From: Candidatus Kaiserbacteria bacterium
GTDB taxonomy: Bacteria; Patescibacteriota; Minisyncoccia; Phycocordibacterales; UBA2100
Direction: 5' to 3'
Length of the DNA stretch: 64,000 nucleotides
Assembly: GCA_016186765.1 (NCBI GenBank)
Contig: JACPLD010000002.1
Span: 35,272-99,271, forward strand
Under the pieces are notes generated by a model. It had not been told where the DNA came from. It worked only from the letters and a program-made list of their open reading frames with translations, and searched no databases. Position 1 is the first letter of the stretch, and each line of letters starts with the position of its first letter. A program made the position numbers and the translations under genes. Positions 34,897-44,996 of this stretch are shown here, piece by piece.

Positions 34897-35657
34897 CAGC
34901 GGTCAAGGTAAGACCTTGACCGCTGATGGTATACTTGCCTCAATGGGCGAGCGAAAAGTTTTCTTCCAGCCCGGCGAGTGGTTCCACTGCTATAACCGCG
35001 GCGTGGACAAGAGGCGTGTATTTATGTCGCCAAGTGACTACCGTCGTTTTCTAGCGCTCATGTACGCATGCAACAACATTGAACCAATTCATGTCAGCGA
35101 CTACGAGCGCGGACTTAGAAGTAAGAAACTTGCCGATGTCCTCGCCATCGCACGGAAAGCACCGCTTGTAGACATCGGCGCGTACAATCTGATGCCAAAC
35201 CATTACCATCTTCTCTTGCGGGAGAGGATCGACGGCGGACTAACGTCCTTCATGCGGAAGCTCGGAACAGCGTATACGATGTATTTCAACATCAAATACG
35301 AGCGAGTCGGCGCACTCTATCAAGGTGCATTCAAGGCGAAGCATGTAAGAACCGACGGATACTTCAAGCGGCTGGTGAACTATATTCACGGCAACCATGC
35401 GGAGCTGACAGAACCAAAATGGAAGGAAGGGAAAGTCAAAAATGAGACTGCGTTATTGAAGGCTCTTGTCGCGTATCCACACTCGAGTCTCCGAGATTAC
35501 TACAGAGATCCTCGGCCAGAATCAGTGATAGTCAGCACAACTTCGCTTCTTGATGTTATCGATGCGATGCCGCGATTAAGGGATATCTTAAAGGATGCGC
35601 GAGTCTTCGCACACCTCCATGATGGGGAGCTCGAGCGGTCAAGGTAAGACCTTGACC
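34897..35657 (+). mobile_element. REP-flanked Y1 transposase unit (RAYT/IS200-like)
   Basis: Identical palindromes at 34897-34925 and 35634-35657 bracket the transposase; unit lies between yebC and ruvC. Confidence 0.8.
34943..35647 (+). CDS. Y1 HUH transposase, RAYT-like
   Basis: HCYNRG, LMPNHYHLL (HUH), GALYQGAFK, NYIHGN with catalytic-type Tyr, Y.HSS. Confidence 0.9.
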   Translation: MGERKVFFQPGEWFHCYNRGVDKRRVFMSPSDYRRFLALMYACNNIEPIHVSDYERGLRSKKLADVLAIARKAPLVDIGAYNLMPNHYHLLLRERIDGGLTSFMRKLGTAYTMYFNIKYERVGALYQGAFKAKHVRTDGYFKRLVNYIHGNHAELTEPKWKEGKVKNETALLKALVAYPHSSLRDYYRDPRPESVIVSTTSLLDVIDAMPRLRDILKDARVFAHLHDGELERSR

Positions 35658-35665
35658 AGTTCGGT

Positions 35666-36139
35666 ATGAAAGTACTTGCCATTGATCCCGGCTACGGACG
35701 CTGCGGCATTGCGGTCGTAGAAAAAGAAAACGGAAAAGAAATCCTCATTTATTCCTCATGCGTCGAAACTCCTGCAACGAGTGAGTTTCCGGAGCGGCTC
35801 GCAATCGTTGCGGATGAATGTGCGCGCCTTCTCAGAGAATACAAACCAGGCGCACTCGTGCTTGAGAAGCTGTATATCACCAAAAACCAGAAGACCGCAA
35901 TGCGCGTTGCCGAAGTGCGCGGCGCTCTTATCAGCGCAGCGGCGCGTGCGGGTGTTCCCATCTCCGAGTACACGCCGAGCGAGGTAAAGGCCGCAGTTAC
36001 GGGTAACGGCCGCGCCGACAAGCACGCGGTAACGAAGATACTGCACGCGCTCGTGAAGATTGAAAAAGAGATAAAACATGACGACGAGTACGATGCAATA
36101 GCGATAGCGGTCACGCATCTCGCACGCGTACGTCATTAG
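35666..36139 (+). CDS. ruvC: Crossover junction endonuclease RuvC
   Basis: LAIDPG, EYTPSEVK, GRADK, DDEYDAIAIA. Confidence 0.95.
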   Translation: MKVLAIDPGYGRCGIAVVEKENGKEILIYSSCVETPATSEFPERLAIVADECARLLREYKPGALVLEKLYITKNQKTAMRVAEVRGALISAAARAGVPISEYTPSEVKAAVTGNGRADKHAVTKILHALVKIEKEIKHDDEYDAIAIAVTHLARVRH

Positions 36140-36157
36140 CGCTACAATTGCCCAAAC

Positions 36158-38533
36158 ATGATCCGAAAAATCCGGAAGTTGTGGCGGAAGATGCCGGCGT
36201 GGATGGAGCTTTCACTTGTCGCGATGGCGGCGTTCTTTTTAATTGCGCTCGGGAGCGCGGTCGTGTGGGCGACTCTGACACCTATCCCCGCCATCGACAA
36301 CTTTGAGAATCGCAAGGTCGCAGAGTCGACAAAAATCTTCGATCGCACCGGCAACATTGTGCTTTTCGACGTCTATGGCCAGATCCGCCGCACCTCGGTA
36401 CCGCTCGAGGAAATTTCTCCATATATCCAGAAAGCGACGATCGCGATCGAAGACACCGAGTTCTACAACCACAGAGGCTTCCGCCCACTCTCCTTTGCGC
36501 GCGCACTGCTCGCGAATCTGAAAAGCGGAAGCTTTAGCCAGGGCGGATCCACCATCACACAGCAGGTCGTGAAAAATGCGCTGCTGACGCAGCGAAAAAC
36601 CATTGGCCGCAAGCTCGAGGAGATCATCCTCGCGCTCCGGCTCGAGCGCGCCTACACGAAGGAACAGATCCTGCAGACCTACCTCAACGAGACTTCCTAC
36701 GGTGGAACCATCTACGGGGTGCAGGAAGCAAGCCAGTACTTCTTCGGCGTCGACGCCAAAGACATCGACCTCGCGCAGGCCGCCTACCTCGCCGCATTAC
36801 CGCAAGCGCCCACACGCTACTCGCCCTATGGTAGCCATCGAGACCTTCTCGATGCCCGCCAAAAGCTCGTGCTGCGGCGCCTTCTCGATGAGAAACTGAT
36901 AACCGAGGAGGAGTACGAACAAGCTGCCGAAGAAGCCGTCACGTTCCGCGGCGGACAGACGGCAGGCATCAAGGCGCCGCACTTCGTCTTCTTCATCCGC
37001 GAGTACCTCGAAGAAAAGTATGGCGCCGACACCGTAGCGCAGGGGGGCCTTCGCGTCGTCACCACGCTCGACTGGGAGCTGCAGGAAAAAGCCGAAGAGG
37101 TTGTCAAAAAGCACGCGCCCTCGATGGAGAGAAATTTCAACGCTGGCAACGAGGGCGTCGTCGCGATCGAGCCCTCAACCGGGCAAATCCTCGCCATGGT
37201 CGGCTCACGCGACTACTTCGAAGAGAAAATCGACGGCGCGGTCAATGTGACGACCTCCTTCCAACAGCCGGGCTCGGCCTTCAAGCCCTTCGTCTATGCA
37301 ACCGCACTCGAGCGCGGCTACACGCCGGAGACAGTTGTCTTCGATCTGCAGACGCAGTTTTCGACAGCCTGCTCGCCGCAGGAGGTGACGAACTCTACGC
37401 CGCCCTGCTATGCGCCAACGAGCTTCGACAATACCTTCAAGGGTCCGGTGACATTCCGCGAAGCGCTCGCGCAATCCCTCAACATTCCCGGCGTGAAAAC
37501 CCTTTACCTCGTCGGCGTCGAAAACGCCTTGAAGATGGCAGAGCGCGTCGGCATCACGACACTCGGCAACGCGGCGGGCTATGGTCTCACGCTCGTTCTC
37601 GGCGGTGGCGATGTGACGCCCTTGGAGCTCACGGGCGCGTACGCCGTTCTCGCAAACGACGGTGTGAAAAATCCCCCGACGGGAATCCTTCGCGTGGAGG
37701 ACCGGGAGGGAAACGTCTTGGAAGAGTACGAGGAGCAAAGCGAACGAGTGATGGAAGCGCAGATCGCGAGACAGATCAGCGATATCCTTGCCGACAACGT
37801 CGCGCGCACACCCGAGTTTGGCGCAAACTCGCCGCTCTACTTCCCGGGCTACGACGTCGCGGCAAAAACAGGCACGACGAATGATTACTGGGACGTCTGG
37901 ATTCTCGGCTACACACCCTCAATTGCGATAGGTGCGTGGGCCGGCAACAACGACAACACGCCGATGGAAAAACGTATCGCTGCGTTCATCATCGCGCCGA
38001 TGTGGCACGAGATCATGGCGTTCGCGCTCGAAACGTATCCAGCAGAGTCGTTCACGCCACCTGCGCCGGAAAATGATGAGGCGCTCCCTCCGGTATTGCG
38101 GGGCAACTGGAACACCGACCCTTCACAGGGCGTGCACGAGATCCTCTACTGGGTCGACAAAGATAATCCCCGGAGCGGTCGCACCTCCAACCGCAGCGAT
38201 CGGCAGTTTCTCTACTGGGAGTATCCGCTTTCGCTCTGGGGTGCAAGCCTCGGCGCACCGAATGCGCCTCCCTTAGGATTTATCATCACCTCTCCTCCCA
38301 ATACTGGAGTCGTGCGCGCCTTCGAGCCGTTCACGCTCTCGGCGATGCACCCGCATCCGGAACTTGTGGAGCGCGTCTCCTACTACCTCAACGGTGGCTA
38401 TGTCGGTGCCTCTGTGCAAGCCCCATATGCCCTCACGCTCGTGCCGGAAGGCACCGGCGCGATGCAGCTCACCGCGGTTGCGGAAACCGCACTCGGCGCC
38501 GAAACGAGCACCATCATGTTCACCATCCAATAA
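36158..38533 (+). CDS. Class A penicillin-binding protein
   Basis: IED..FYNH.G, GGSTITQQ, RKLEE, QPGSAFK, SLN, KTGT; C-terminal Ig-like domain. Confidence 0.95.
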   Translation: MIRKIRKLWRKMPAWMELSLVAMAAFFLIALGSAVVWATLTPIPAIDNFENRKVAESTKIFDRTGNIVLFDVYGQIRRTSVPLEEISPYIQKATIAIEDTEFYNHRGFRPLSFARALLANLKSGSFSQGGSTITQQVVKNALLTQRKTIGRKLEEIILALRLERAYTKEQILQTYLNETSYGGTIYGVQEASQYFFGVDAKDIDLAQAAYLAALPQAPTRYSPYGSHRDLLDARQKLVLRRLLDEKLITEEEYEQAAEEAVTFRGGQTAGIKAPHFVFFIREYLEEKYGADTVAQGGLRVVTTLDWELQEKAEEVVKKHAPSMERNFNAGNEGVVAIEPSTGQILAMVGSRDYFEEKIDGAVNVTTSFQQPGSAFKPFVYATALERGYTPETVVFDLQTQFSTACSPQEVTNSTPPCYAPTSFDNTFKGPVTFREALAQSLNIPGVKTLYLVGVENALKMAERVGITTLGNAAGYGLTLVLGGGDVTPLELTGAYAVLANDGVKNPPTGILRVEDREGNVLEEYEEQSERVMEAQIARQISDILADNVARTPEFGANSPLYFPGYDVAAKTGTTNDYWDVWILGYTPSIAIGAWAGNNDNTPMEKRIAAFIIAPMWHEIMAFALETYPAESFTPPAPENDEALPPVLRGNWNTDPSQGVHEILYWVDKDNPRSGRTSNRSDRQFLYWEYPLSLWGASLGAPNAPPLGFIITSPPNTGVVRAFEPFTLSAMHPHPELVERVSYYLNGGYVGASVQAPYALTLVPEGTGAMQLTAVAETALGAETSTIMFTIQ

Positions 38534-38534
38534 A

Positions 38535-38621
38535 AGACCAGTGAACAGAGAACAGTAAACAGCGAACAGAAGGGTGGGCTGTCTTTTGATTTACTGTTCT
38601 CTGTTTGCTGTTCGCTGGTCT
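38535..38621. repeat. Period-7 inverted-arm element, CAG/CTG type, no cargo gene
   Basis: CAGTGAA CAGAGAA CAGTAAA CAGCGAA ... TTTACTG TTCTCTG TTTGCTG TTCGCTG with outer AGAC/GTCT. Confidence 0.85.
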
Positions 38622-39716
38622 CTATCTATTAAGGGGCATCACAAGGTACGTGAACGATGGATCCGAGACGCCCCTGATCACTAAGGGCTTCCCCGCACCT
38701 GAAAAGCCGAGAATGATGGAATCGGATTCGATAGTCGGCAGGCAATCTGCGAGGTAGCCGATGTGAAAATTGATGTCGAGGTCCTCCCCCGAGAGCGCGG
38801 CATCAAGCGAGTCTGACATCTCACCTATATCCGCGCTGCGCGCGGTCGCACTGAAAATCTTTCTACTAGGGTAAACATGGAAGCCGATGTGTTGATCATT
38901 GCCCGAAAAAACCCGTGCTTTCTTCAGCATTTCAGAGAGATCGCTTTTCAAAACGGTCGCTTCCGTAGAAAAGATCTTCGGGACGATCTCCTTGTAGTTC
39001 GGAAACGTGCCGTCAACGATGCGCGAGATGAAACGGACACCATCAGCGGAGACCGAAAGTTGTGATTCGTCAGCGGTAAGCTTCACCTGCGCTCCTTCAG
39101 CGTGTTCGAGCACGTGGGAAAGTTCGAGTGCGTGCCTGAGAGGAAGGAGCACCTCCTCTCCCCGCTCACTCGAGCCGATCATCTTCTCGGCGAGCCTGAA
39201 CGAATCGGTTGCGACACAGATAACCCCAGTGGCTCCCACTAAAAGGTAGATGCTCCCCAACTCCGGTCGTATCATTGAGGGTGAGGCCGCATACGAAACA
39301 GCCTGCAAGCCTCGCAAGAGTTGCTCTCGAGAAACATTCTCCCCCTTCCCGTCTGTCGGTGGCGAGAGGGTCGGGAACTCATCGTGCGGCATACCCTTTA
39401 TAACGGTCTTCGTCCCCCTCGATTCAATGAGGAGGTTGCCATCCTCCGCCGACAAAGTCACCTTGTCACCGTGGGTTGAGCGCAGAGTTTGCGAAAGCAC
39501 GATAGCGGGCACCGCGATGATCCCTTTTTCATCAACCTCACCAGGGACAACAACCTCAACACCTGCTTCAAGATTTGTTGCCCGTAGTACGATGGTTTTC
39601 CCACTCACCTCAAGAAGGATGCAGGATAGTGTTGGGAGTGTTTCCTTCTTACCCGTGAGCCTCTCCGCAATGAGAACACCACCCAGAATCTTTTCTTTGG
39701 TTGTTGATGCTCTCAT
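38622..39716 (-). CDS. dnaN: DNA polymerase III beta clamp
   Basis: ATNLE, VATDSFRLA, GTFPNY, YLVMP. Confidence 0.96.
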   Translation of the reverse strand: MRASTTKEKILGGVLIAERLTGKKETLPTLSCILLEVSGKTIVLRATNLEAGVEVVVPGEVDEKGIIAVPAIVLSQTLRSTHGDKVTLSAEDGNLLIESRGTKTVIKGMPHDEFPTLSPPTDGKGENVSREQLLRGLQAVSYAASPSMIRPELGSIYLLVGATGVICVATDSFRLAEKMIGSSERGEEVLLPLRHALELSHVLEHAEGAQVKLTADESQLSVSADGVRFISRIVDGTFPNYKEIVPKIFSTEATVLKSDLSEMLKKARVFSGNDQHIGFHVYPSRKIFSATARSADIGEMSDSLDAALSGEDLDINFHIGYLADCLPTIESDSIILGFSGAGKPLVIRGVSDPSFTYLVMPLNR

Positions 39717-39943
39717 ACTATTCTTTTATATATAAATACTATTACTACTACTAGTCCTGTGGATATGGGGTATATGTTGAATTGATCGAGGGATTAATCG
39801 ACTGTTTGGTTTTTGAGATATGTTGAAAACATTCGGATTCGATGTTGGTGATGTGGATGAGATGCGACTACGTGGTAGTAGGTGTTGAAAAGAGTAAAGA
39901 TGTTCTCTGGTAATTCGGGTAGCAATTCACAGGAAATCCGCTG
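39717..39943. other. Probable oriC (dnaA-dnaN intergenic region)
   Basis: DnaA-box-like TGTGGATAT at 39758 and TGTGGATGA at 39852, adjacent (TAC)n trio-like run and AT-rich tract 39721-39753. Confidence 0.8.
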
Positions 39944-41302
39944 CTACGAATGGATTAATGTACGAAGGTGGTCGATTTCCTGCTCGAGTGACGTGTTCGA
40001 TTTTATCTCCTCTTTTATCTTCTCGCATGAATGAATTACCGTCGTGTGGTCGCGCCCGCCGAGCTTCTCGCCGATCGAGGGATACGACACACTGAATTCT
40101 TCCCGCAGCATGTACATAATGACTTGCCGTGGCTTCACCACTTCTTTCTTGCGCGTTTTTTCGTAAATGCTCTTTTCGTTCACCTCGTAGTAGCTTGCGA
40201 TACGGCGCACCACCTCTTCAACAGATATCCCTCTATTCGGCTTGATATTGTGCTTGATGAGCGCGCGCACGTCCGCTTGTGTCACTCCCTTTCCTTTCAG
40301 CTGGGAGCGGCACACGATCATGTTGAGTATACCCTCGAGCTCGCGGATATTGCCGCGGACGTTCTCCGCGATATAGAGGATAATGTCCTCGGGAATAGAA
40401 AAACCGTGCTGGTCGAGCTTCGCCTTGATGATCGCGATGCGAGATTCCATGTCTGGCTCTGGGATCTCTGCGATCATGCCGGCGCTAAAGCGGCCGCGCA
40501 GACGCTCTTCAAGTCCGGAGAGCATTGCGGGGTGCTTATCAGAAGAAAAGACGATCTGCTTGTTGTTGTCGTAGAGCGTGTTGAAGAGGTGGAAGAGCTC
40601 TTCCTGTGTTTTTTCTGTGTTCGCGATGAACTGCACATCGTCCATGACGAGTATATCGTATGCCCGGTACTGATCTTTGAATGAGTTGGCACGACCGGCG
40701 CGCACCGCGTTTAAGTAGTCGACAGAGAAACGCTCACTCGTGACGTAGAGAACCTTCTTGCTCGCATGCGTTTTCTTGAAACGGTTCCCGACGGCCTGAA
40801 TGAGGTGTGTCTTACCGCGTCCGGTTGCCCCGTAAACGAAGAGCGGATTGTATGCGAGGCCCGGACGCTCGATGACTGCTTTCGCGGCAGCGTGCGCGAG
40901 CTGGTTGAAGGGTCCGACGACGAACGTCTCGAAGGTGTAGCGCGGGTTCAGATTGTCGCGCTTGTCGATATAGAGGTTGTCGAGGTCGAGTGATGCGTTC
41001 TCTGGTGCCTGAACACGCGCCGGCCGCCTCTCCGCGGCCGCGGGAGCGCGGTGCACGACGTACTCGACGCTGCGGATGCTCGCGTCAAGGCCGCGGAGGG
41101 CTTTGAGGACGAGCTTGTTGTGCTTCTCGACGAGCCACTCCTTCACGATCTTAGAAGGAACGGCGACTTGGACGACTCCGCTGGAGCGCCCGGCGATGTC
41201 GGTGTTCTTGAACCACGTTCGAAAACTTGCCTCCGATGTGCCAAGCTCGATCTGGACGAGAGCATTTTGCCAAAGCTCGCGGTTGCTTAGGGGAAACGAC
41301 AT
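39944..41302 (-). CDS. dnaA: Chromosomal replication initiator DnaA
   Basis: LNPRYTFETFV, YNPLFVYG..G.GKTHL, DDVQF, GGRDHTTV. Confidence 0.98.
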   Translation of the reverse strand: MSFPLSNRELWQNALVQIELGTSEASFRTWFKNTDIAGRSSGVVQVAVPSKIVKEWLVEKHNKLVLKALRGLDASIRSVEYVVHRAPAAAERRPARVQAPENASLDLDNLYIDKRDNLNPRYTFETFVVGPFNQLAHAAAKAVIERPGLAYNPLFVYGATGRGKTHLIQAVGNRFKKTHASKKVLYVTSERFSVDYLNAVRAGRANSFKDQYRAYDILVMDDVQFIANTEKTQEELFHLFNTLYDNNKQIVFSSDKHPAMLSGLEERLRGRFSAGMIAEIPEPDMESRIAIIKAKLDQHGFSIPEDIILYIAENVRGNIRELEGILNMIVCRSQLKGKGVTQADVRALIKHNIKPNRGISVEEVVRRIASYYEVNEKSIYEKTRKKEVVKPRQVIMYMLREEFSVSYPSIGEKLGGRDHTTVIHSCEKIKEEIKSNTSLEQEIDHLRTLIHS

Positions 41303-41470
41303 AGAAGAAGTGAAGCTCGGACATTATACGCGCACCATTCCCTACGCAAAGATTGCGCAATCGCGCTCCGTGTGTTCACATCATGGGGACAAGGTGGGGA
41401 CATCATTTGCTGCAGCAGGCTGCTGCTCACTCATTTGGAAAAATAAGGAAATCAGGGTATGGTGCTCGTC

Positions 41471-41605
41471 ATGAAACGAACCTATCAGCCGAAAAAGCGC
41501 AAGCGCGCGCGAACGCACGGGTTTCTGAAGCGATCACGTAGCCGCGGCGGACGGCGCGTGCTCATGCGACGGCGCCGCAGAGCGCGCGCGCGGCTTTCTG
41601 CATAG
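41471..41605 (+). CDS. rpmH: 50S ribosomal protein L34
   Basis: Manual translation [31 protein letters not shown]... Confidence 0.95.
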   Translation: MKRTYQPKKRKRARTHGFLKRSRSRGGRRVLMRRRRRARARLSA

Positions 41606-41608
41606 GCA

Positions 41609-41941
41609 ATGAAGAGAAACTCTCGCCTGACGCGCGTCGATTTTCCGGCTGCCCGCGTACGGGTACGATTCCACGGCGCGTTTTTCTCGCTCTCGGCCTC
41701 GCCGCTATCGCGCGAGCGTCAGACCTCGTTCACATGCGTTGTTTCGAAGCGCGTCGCGCAGAACGCGACGCAAAGAAATCTCATCAAGCGTCGCTGTCGC
41801 GAGGCCGTGCGTGCTCGTTTACGGACATTCACGGCTGAAACACCGCCCGCACTTGTGTTTCGCGCAAAAAAGGAAGCCGCAGGCGCGTCGTTTAGTATGA
41901 TAAAGCGTGATGTAGACACTCTCGTCGATAAAATTTCATAG
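41609..41941 (+). CDS. rnpA: Ribonuclease P protein component
   Basis: VVSKRVAQNATQRNLIKRRCRE (RNR-like motif); position after rpmH. Confidence 0.9.
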   Translation: MKRNSRLTRVDFPAARVRVRFHGAFFSLSASPLSRERQTSFTCVVSKRVAQNATQRNLIKRRCREAVRARLRTFTAETPPALVFRAKKEAAGASFSMIKRDVDTLVDKIS

Positions 41942-41994
41942 AGCCTTCTTCGTACTCTATACTCCATACTCCATACGCGGTACAATCTGCGACA

Positions 41995-42714
41995 ATGATC
42001 TCCGCTGTGTTCCATGTGTTCATCTATGACCCGCTCTACAACGGGCTCGTTTTTTTGGTGGGCATTATGCCAACGCACGATGTCGGCCTTGCCGTGATCG
42101 TGCTCACCATCTTGGTACGCGTACTTCTCTTTCCTCTCTCGCGCCGCGCTGTGGAGACGCAGCTTGCGATGAAGAAGATCGCACCAGACGTCGAACGTCT
42201 CAAGCAGAAGTACAAAGCAAACCGTGAGGAGCAAGCAAAAGCACTCTTTGCTCTCTATCGCGAGCATGGCGTTCATCCTTTTGCGAGTATCGGACTTCTT
42301 CTGGCGCAACTCCCGGTCCTCTTCGCACTCTACTGGATATTCGCCAGCGGCGGCTTGCCGGATATTCATCCCGAGCTTTTGTATTCGTTTATTTCCCCGC
42401 CGGAAGGTGTGAACATGGCCTTCCTCGGGCTTCTTGACATGGCGGGGCACAGCATTGAGCTCGGCGTTTTGGCTGCGATCACGCAGTTTGTGTACACACG
42501 ACTCTCGATGGGCGCTCCAGAAAAAAAGTCTGCGGGAGAAAGCGCAACGTTCTCAGCCGATCTCGCGCGCAGCTTTGAGGTGCAGGCGCGCTATGTGCTT
42601 CCTGCGACGTTCGTGGTGCTCTCCTTCTTTATCCCAAGCGCGGCTATGCTCTACCTTACGACGAGCAACGCGTTCATGATCGGACAAGAGCTCTTTGCGG
42701 GGAGAAGGTTTTAG
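41995..42714 (+). CDS. yidC: Membrane insertase YidC
   Basis: GLAVIVLTILVRVLLFPL, LYREHGVHP, QLPV. Confidence 0.92.
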   Translation: MISAVFHVFIYDPLYNGLVFLVGIMPTHDVGLAVIVLTILVRVLLFPLSRRAVETQLAMKKIAPDVERLKQKYKANREEQAKALFALYREHGVHPFASIGLLLAQLPVLFALYWIFASGGLPDIHPELLYSFISPPEGVNMAFLGLLDMAGHSIELGVLAAITQFVYTRLSMGAPEKKSAGESATFSADLARSFEVQARYVLPATFVVLSFFIPSAAMLYLTTSNAFMIGQELFAGRRF

Positions 42715-42789
42715 GCTTTAGAAGGTTTAAGGTGTCAGGTGTAAGGGGAAAGAATTTGCCTTATCCCTAAAACCTTTCCCCTGCTACCT
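42706..42789. repeat. Period-7 inverted-arm element, AGG/CCT type
   Basis: AGGTTTA AGGTGTC AGGTGTA AGGGGAA ... TATCCCT AAAACCT TTCCCCT GCTACCT. Confidence 0.75.
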
Positions 42790-42809
42790 TCGTGCTGTAT
42801 AGTGCCCCG

Positions 42810-43319
42810 ATGAACGATACCGTCGGTTCGACTATCGAAACGATATTGAAGGAACTTTTAGATGCCACCGGAGTAGCTTATACGGGTATTTCACGTAGCG
42901 ATGTTGCCGGGCAGGCAATTTTCGCTATTTCTGCTGACGATGGGCGGACCCTCATTGGCACGCACGGCGATACGGTGCACGCACTCGACCATCTGGTAAA
43001 AAAGATCGTCGAGAAACGCCTTGGCGGAACCCGCGAGACAGTGGAAGGTGGGGGTGCTGAAGGAGAACGGCCCGAACTTCACTTTTTAGTCGACGTGAAC
43101 GATTACCGAGCGAAGCAGATCAAAGAGCTCCAACAGAAGGCTCTCATGATGGCAGAGCGGGCGCGTTCGTTCCAGTATGACGTTGAACTCTCTCCGATGA
43201 CTGCCTACGAGCGTCTCATCATTCACACGACGCTGCAGAACGAGCCGAATGTGAAGACGGAGTCGCAGGGCGAGGGGCGCAATCGCCGCGTCGTGATCCG
43301 CTACACCAGCGCCGCGTAG
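42810..43319 (+). CDS. jag: Jag/KhpB KH-R3H RNA-binding protein
   Basis: LIGTHGDTVHAL, DVNDYR, MTAYERLIIH, TESQGEG..RRVVI. Confidence 0.9.
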   Translation: MNDTVGSTIETILKELLDATGVAYTGISRSDVAGQAIFAISADDGRTLIGTHGDTVHALDHLVKKIVEKRLGGTRETVEGGGAEGERPELHFLVDVNDYRAKQIKELQQKALMMAERARSFQYDVELSPMTAYERLIIHTTLQNEPNVKTESQGEGRNRRVVIRYTSAA

Positions 43320-43328
43320 GAGAATTGT

Positions 43329-43772
43329 TCAATAGAGGGGCGGAGCTGTCCGACCGCCGCCGACGTTTGCTCCTTCGCGGAAGCCGATTTCCAGTTTTAG
43401 AATGTCCGGATTGATCTGATAGAGGATGAGCCAGACCGCAAGCAGGAGAAAGAGGCCGAGGAGTGTATCTCTGATTATCTCTTTCGCCCTGTCTTTCGAT
43501 GTCCAGAGGTCACTCGACATGTAGACGAAGCCTGCCCACGCGAGCCGCAGGACCGCGAGTATGGCACCGGCCGCGATCGCGCCGACAAAAACTCTGTTCA
43601 TGAATGGACCGAGTTCAGTCTCGCTGTATGCACCGCGGAGTTTCGGCGAGTCGCCAAAGCTCTCAAGCGGAACGAATACCTGCGCGGATGCGATATCAAC
43701 ACTCAGCGCAACAATTGCGCAAGAGGCAACCAGAATGAGCACGAAGAGGATCCTTGTACGAGGAAGCGTCAT
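43329..43772 (-). CDS. VirB2/TrbC-like pilin candidate
   Basis: Signal peptide plus 2 TM; AGFVYMSS...AKEII...GL.LLL..WLIL..INP. Confidence 0.65.
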   Translation of the reverse strand: MTLPRTRILFVLILVASCAIVALSVDIASAQVFVPLESFGDSPKLRGAYSETELGPFMNRVFVGAIAAGAILAVLRLAWAGFVYMSSDLWTSKDRAKEIIRDTLLGLFLLLAVWLILYQINPDILKLEIGFREGANVGGGRTAPPLY

Positions 43773-43773
43773 A

Positions 43774-44991
43774 CTATTCTTCGATGCGCAAAAGCCAGAG
43801 CGTTTTGTCGATCGCGTTCCCGAAGGCGATGTAGTTCCCGTTCGCATCGATTGCAGGCTCTTCGACGTCGAAGGTCGTATTTGCAGATCCGTAGAGCGGC
43901 TCGGCCGCGTTTGCGCTCACATCGACTTTCCACCACGCGTCGGATGTGTGCATCTCCCCCCGGTACCATGCATCGAGAAAATTCGTAGGTGGAAGTTGCT
44001 GCGGCACCGCGCAATACGCGGTGAGCGCAGAGGGAGCCCACACACATTTGTCGGCGACGGTGCGAATCGGAAGAAGGACCGTGGAGATGGCGTCAGTTCG
44101 GGCGAAAAGTGATACGTTCTGTGCCGAAGATCCATAGAGGTGCGCGGAGAGCTTCGGGTGCGGCAGGAACGTAAGGCCTTGCACGTTCTCGACGATTGGC
44201 TGAAGTGAATTTTCCCGCACGAGGTACGCGTGCCCAGCCGCGTTATCGGAGGCATTTTCGACGGCCGTGATTCTGCCATCAGAGAGAAAATCGATCTGCC
44301 AGCCCAATACTGCCGAATCGAAGATCTTTTTTTGTTTTTTTTCGTCCCACGAGGTGCGAATACCTGCGCTGCCTTGGAGCGTGTCGACAATGTAGAATAG
44401 TTCTGCGCCACTTGGATCCATCGCGATTGAGCGGATATTGTTTACGAGACGTCTCTGCTTGAGGGTAGCCGGCGCCTGCGGAGATGTGCTTGTGGAAATT
44501 TCTCCTGCAACAGTCGCGACGGCTCCGGCCTCGTCGATGCCGCGCATAATCACGCGATCGCCTGCGACGAGCGCTTCGTAGGTACGCGGCACGAGCGTGT
44601 TGGTGAGGCGTTCGAGCGCGCCCGTTTCCGGAGAGACGTCGAAGATGTATCCCGATCCGCGCTCGACGAAGCGCAGCTGCGACACCCCATCCCTTTGGAC
44701 GAAGGCATGCCCCGCCGTTGGCGTTTTCCCGACCTGTGTGAGACGAGGTAGTCCGTTTTCTTCGCTCTGTATGATCCCACCGACAAGCGTGGAGAAACTC
44801 GAAACGATGTTCTCATACGTGCTCCCGATCTGCTCGCTAAACGGCTGTGGCAGTCCTATGCCGCGTCCCACGTCCTCCTCGGTTATGTTCGTCCTCTCTT
44901 CTTTGAGGAAAAAGTACCAGCCGGCGAGCGCTGCGAGCATCACGACGACGAGAGCGATGAGCACGTATTGAATGATTGAAATCGGCTTCAT
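43774..44991 (-). CDS. Membrane-anchored beta-propeller-like hypothetical protein
   Basis: N-terminal TM, beta-rich repeats, KCVW..YCAVP. Confidence 0.7.
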   Translation of the reverse strand: MKPISIIQYVLIALVVVMLAALAGWYFFLKEERTNITEEDVGRGIGLPQPFSEQIGSTYENIVSSFSTLVGGIIQSEENGLPRLTQVGKTPTAGHAFVQRDGVSQLRFVERGSGYIFDVSPETGALERLTNTLVPRTYEALVAGDRVIMRGIDEAGAVATVAGEISTSTSPQAPATLKQRRLVNNIRSIAMDPSGAELFYIVDTLQGSAGIRTSWDEKKQKKIFDSAVLGWQIDFLSDGRITAVENASDNAAGHAYLVRENSLQPIVENVQGLTFLPHPKLSAHLYGSSAQNVSLFARTDAISTVLLPIRTVADKCVWAPSALTAYCAVPQQLPPTNFLDAWYRGEMHTSDAWWKVDVSANAAEPLYGSANTTFDVEEPAIDANGNYIAFGNAIDKTLWLLRIEE

Positions 44992-44996
44992 ACTTG

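Noticed and set aside
38535-38621. Repeat arrays as CRISPR
   Set aside because: Units are 7 bp, degenerate and contiguous with no unique spacers, and there are no cas genes in the window.
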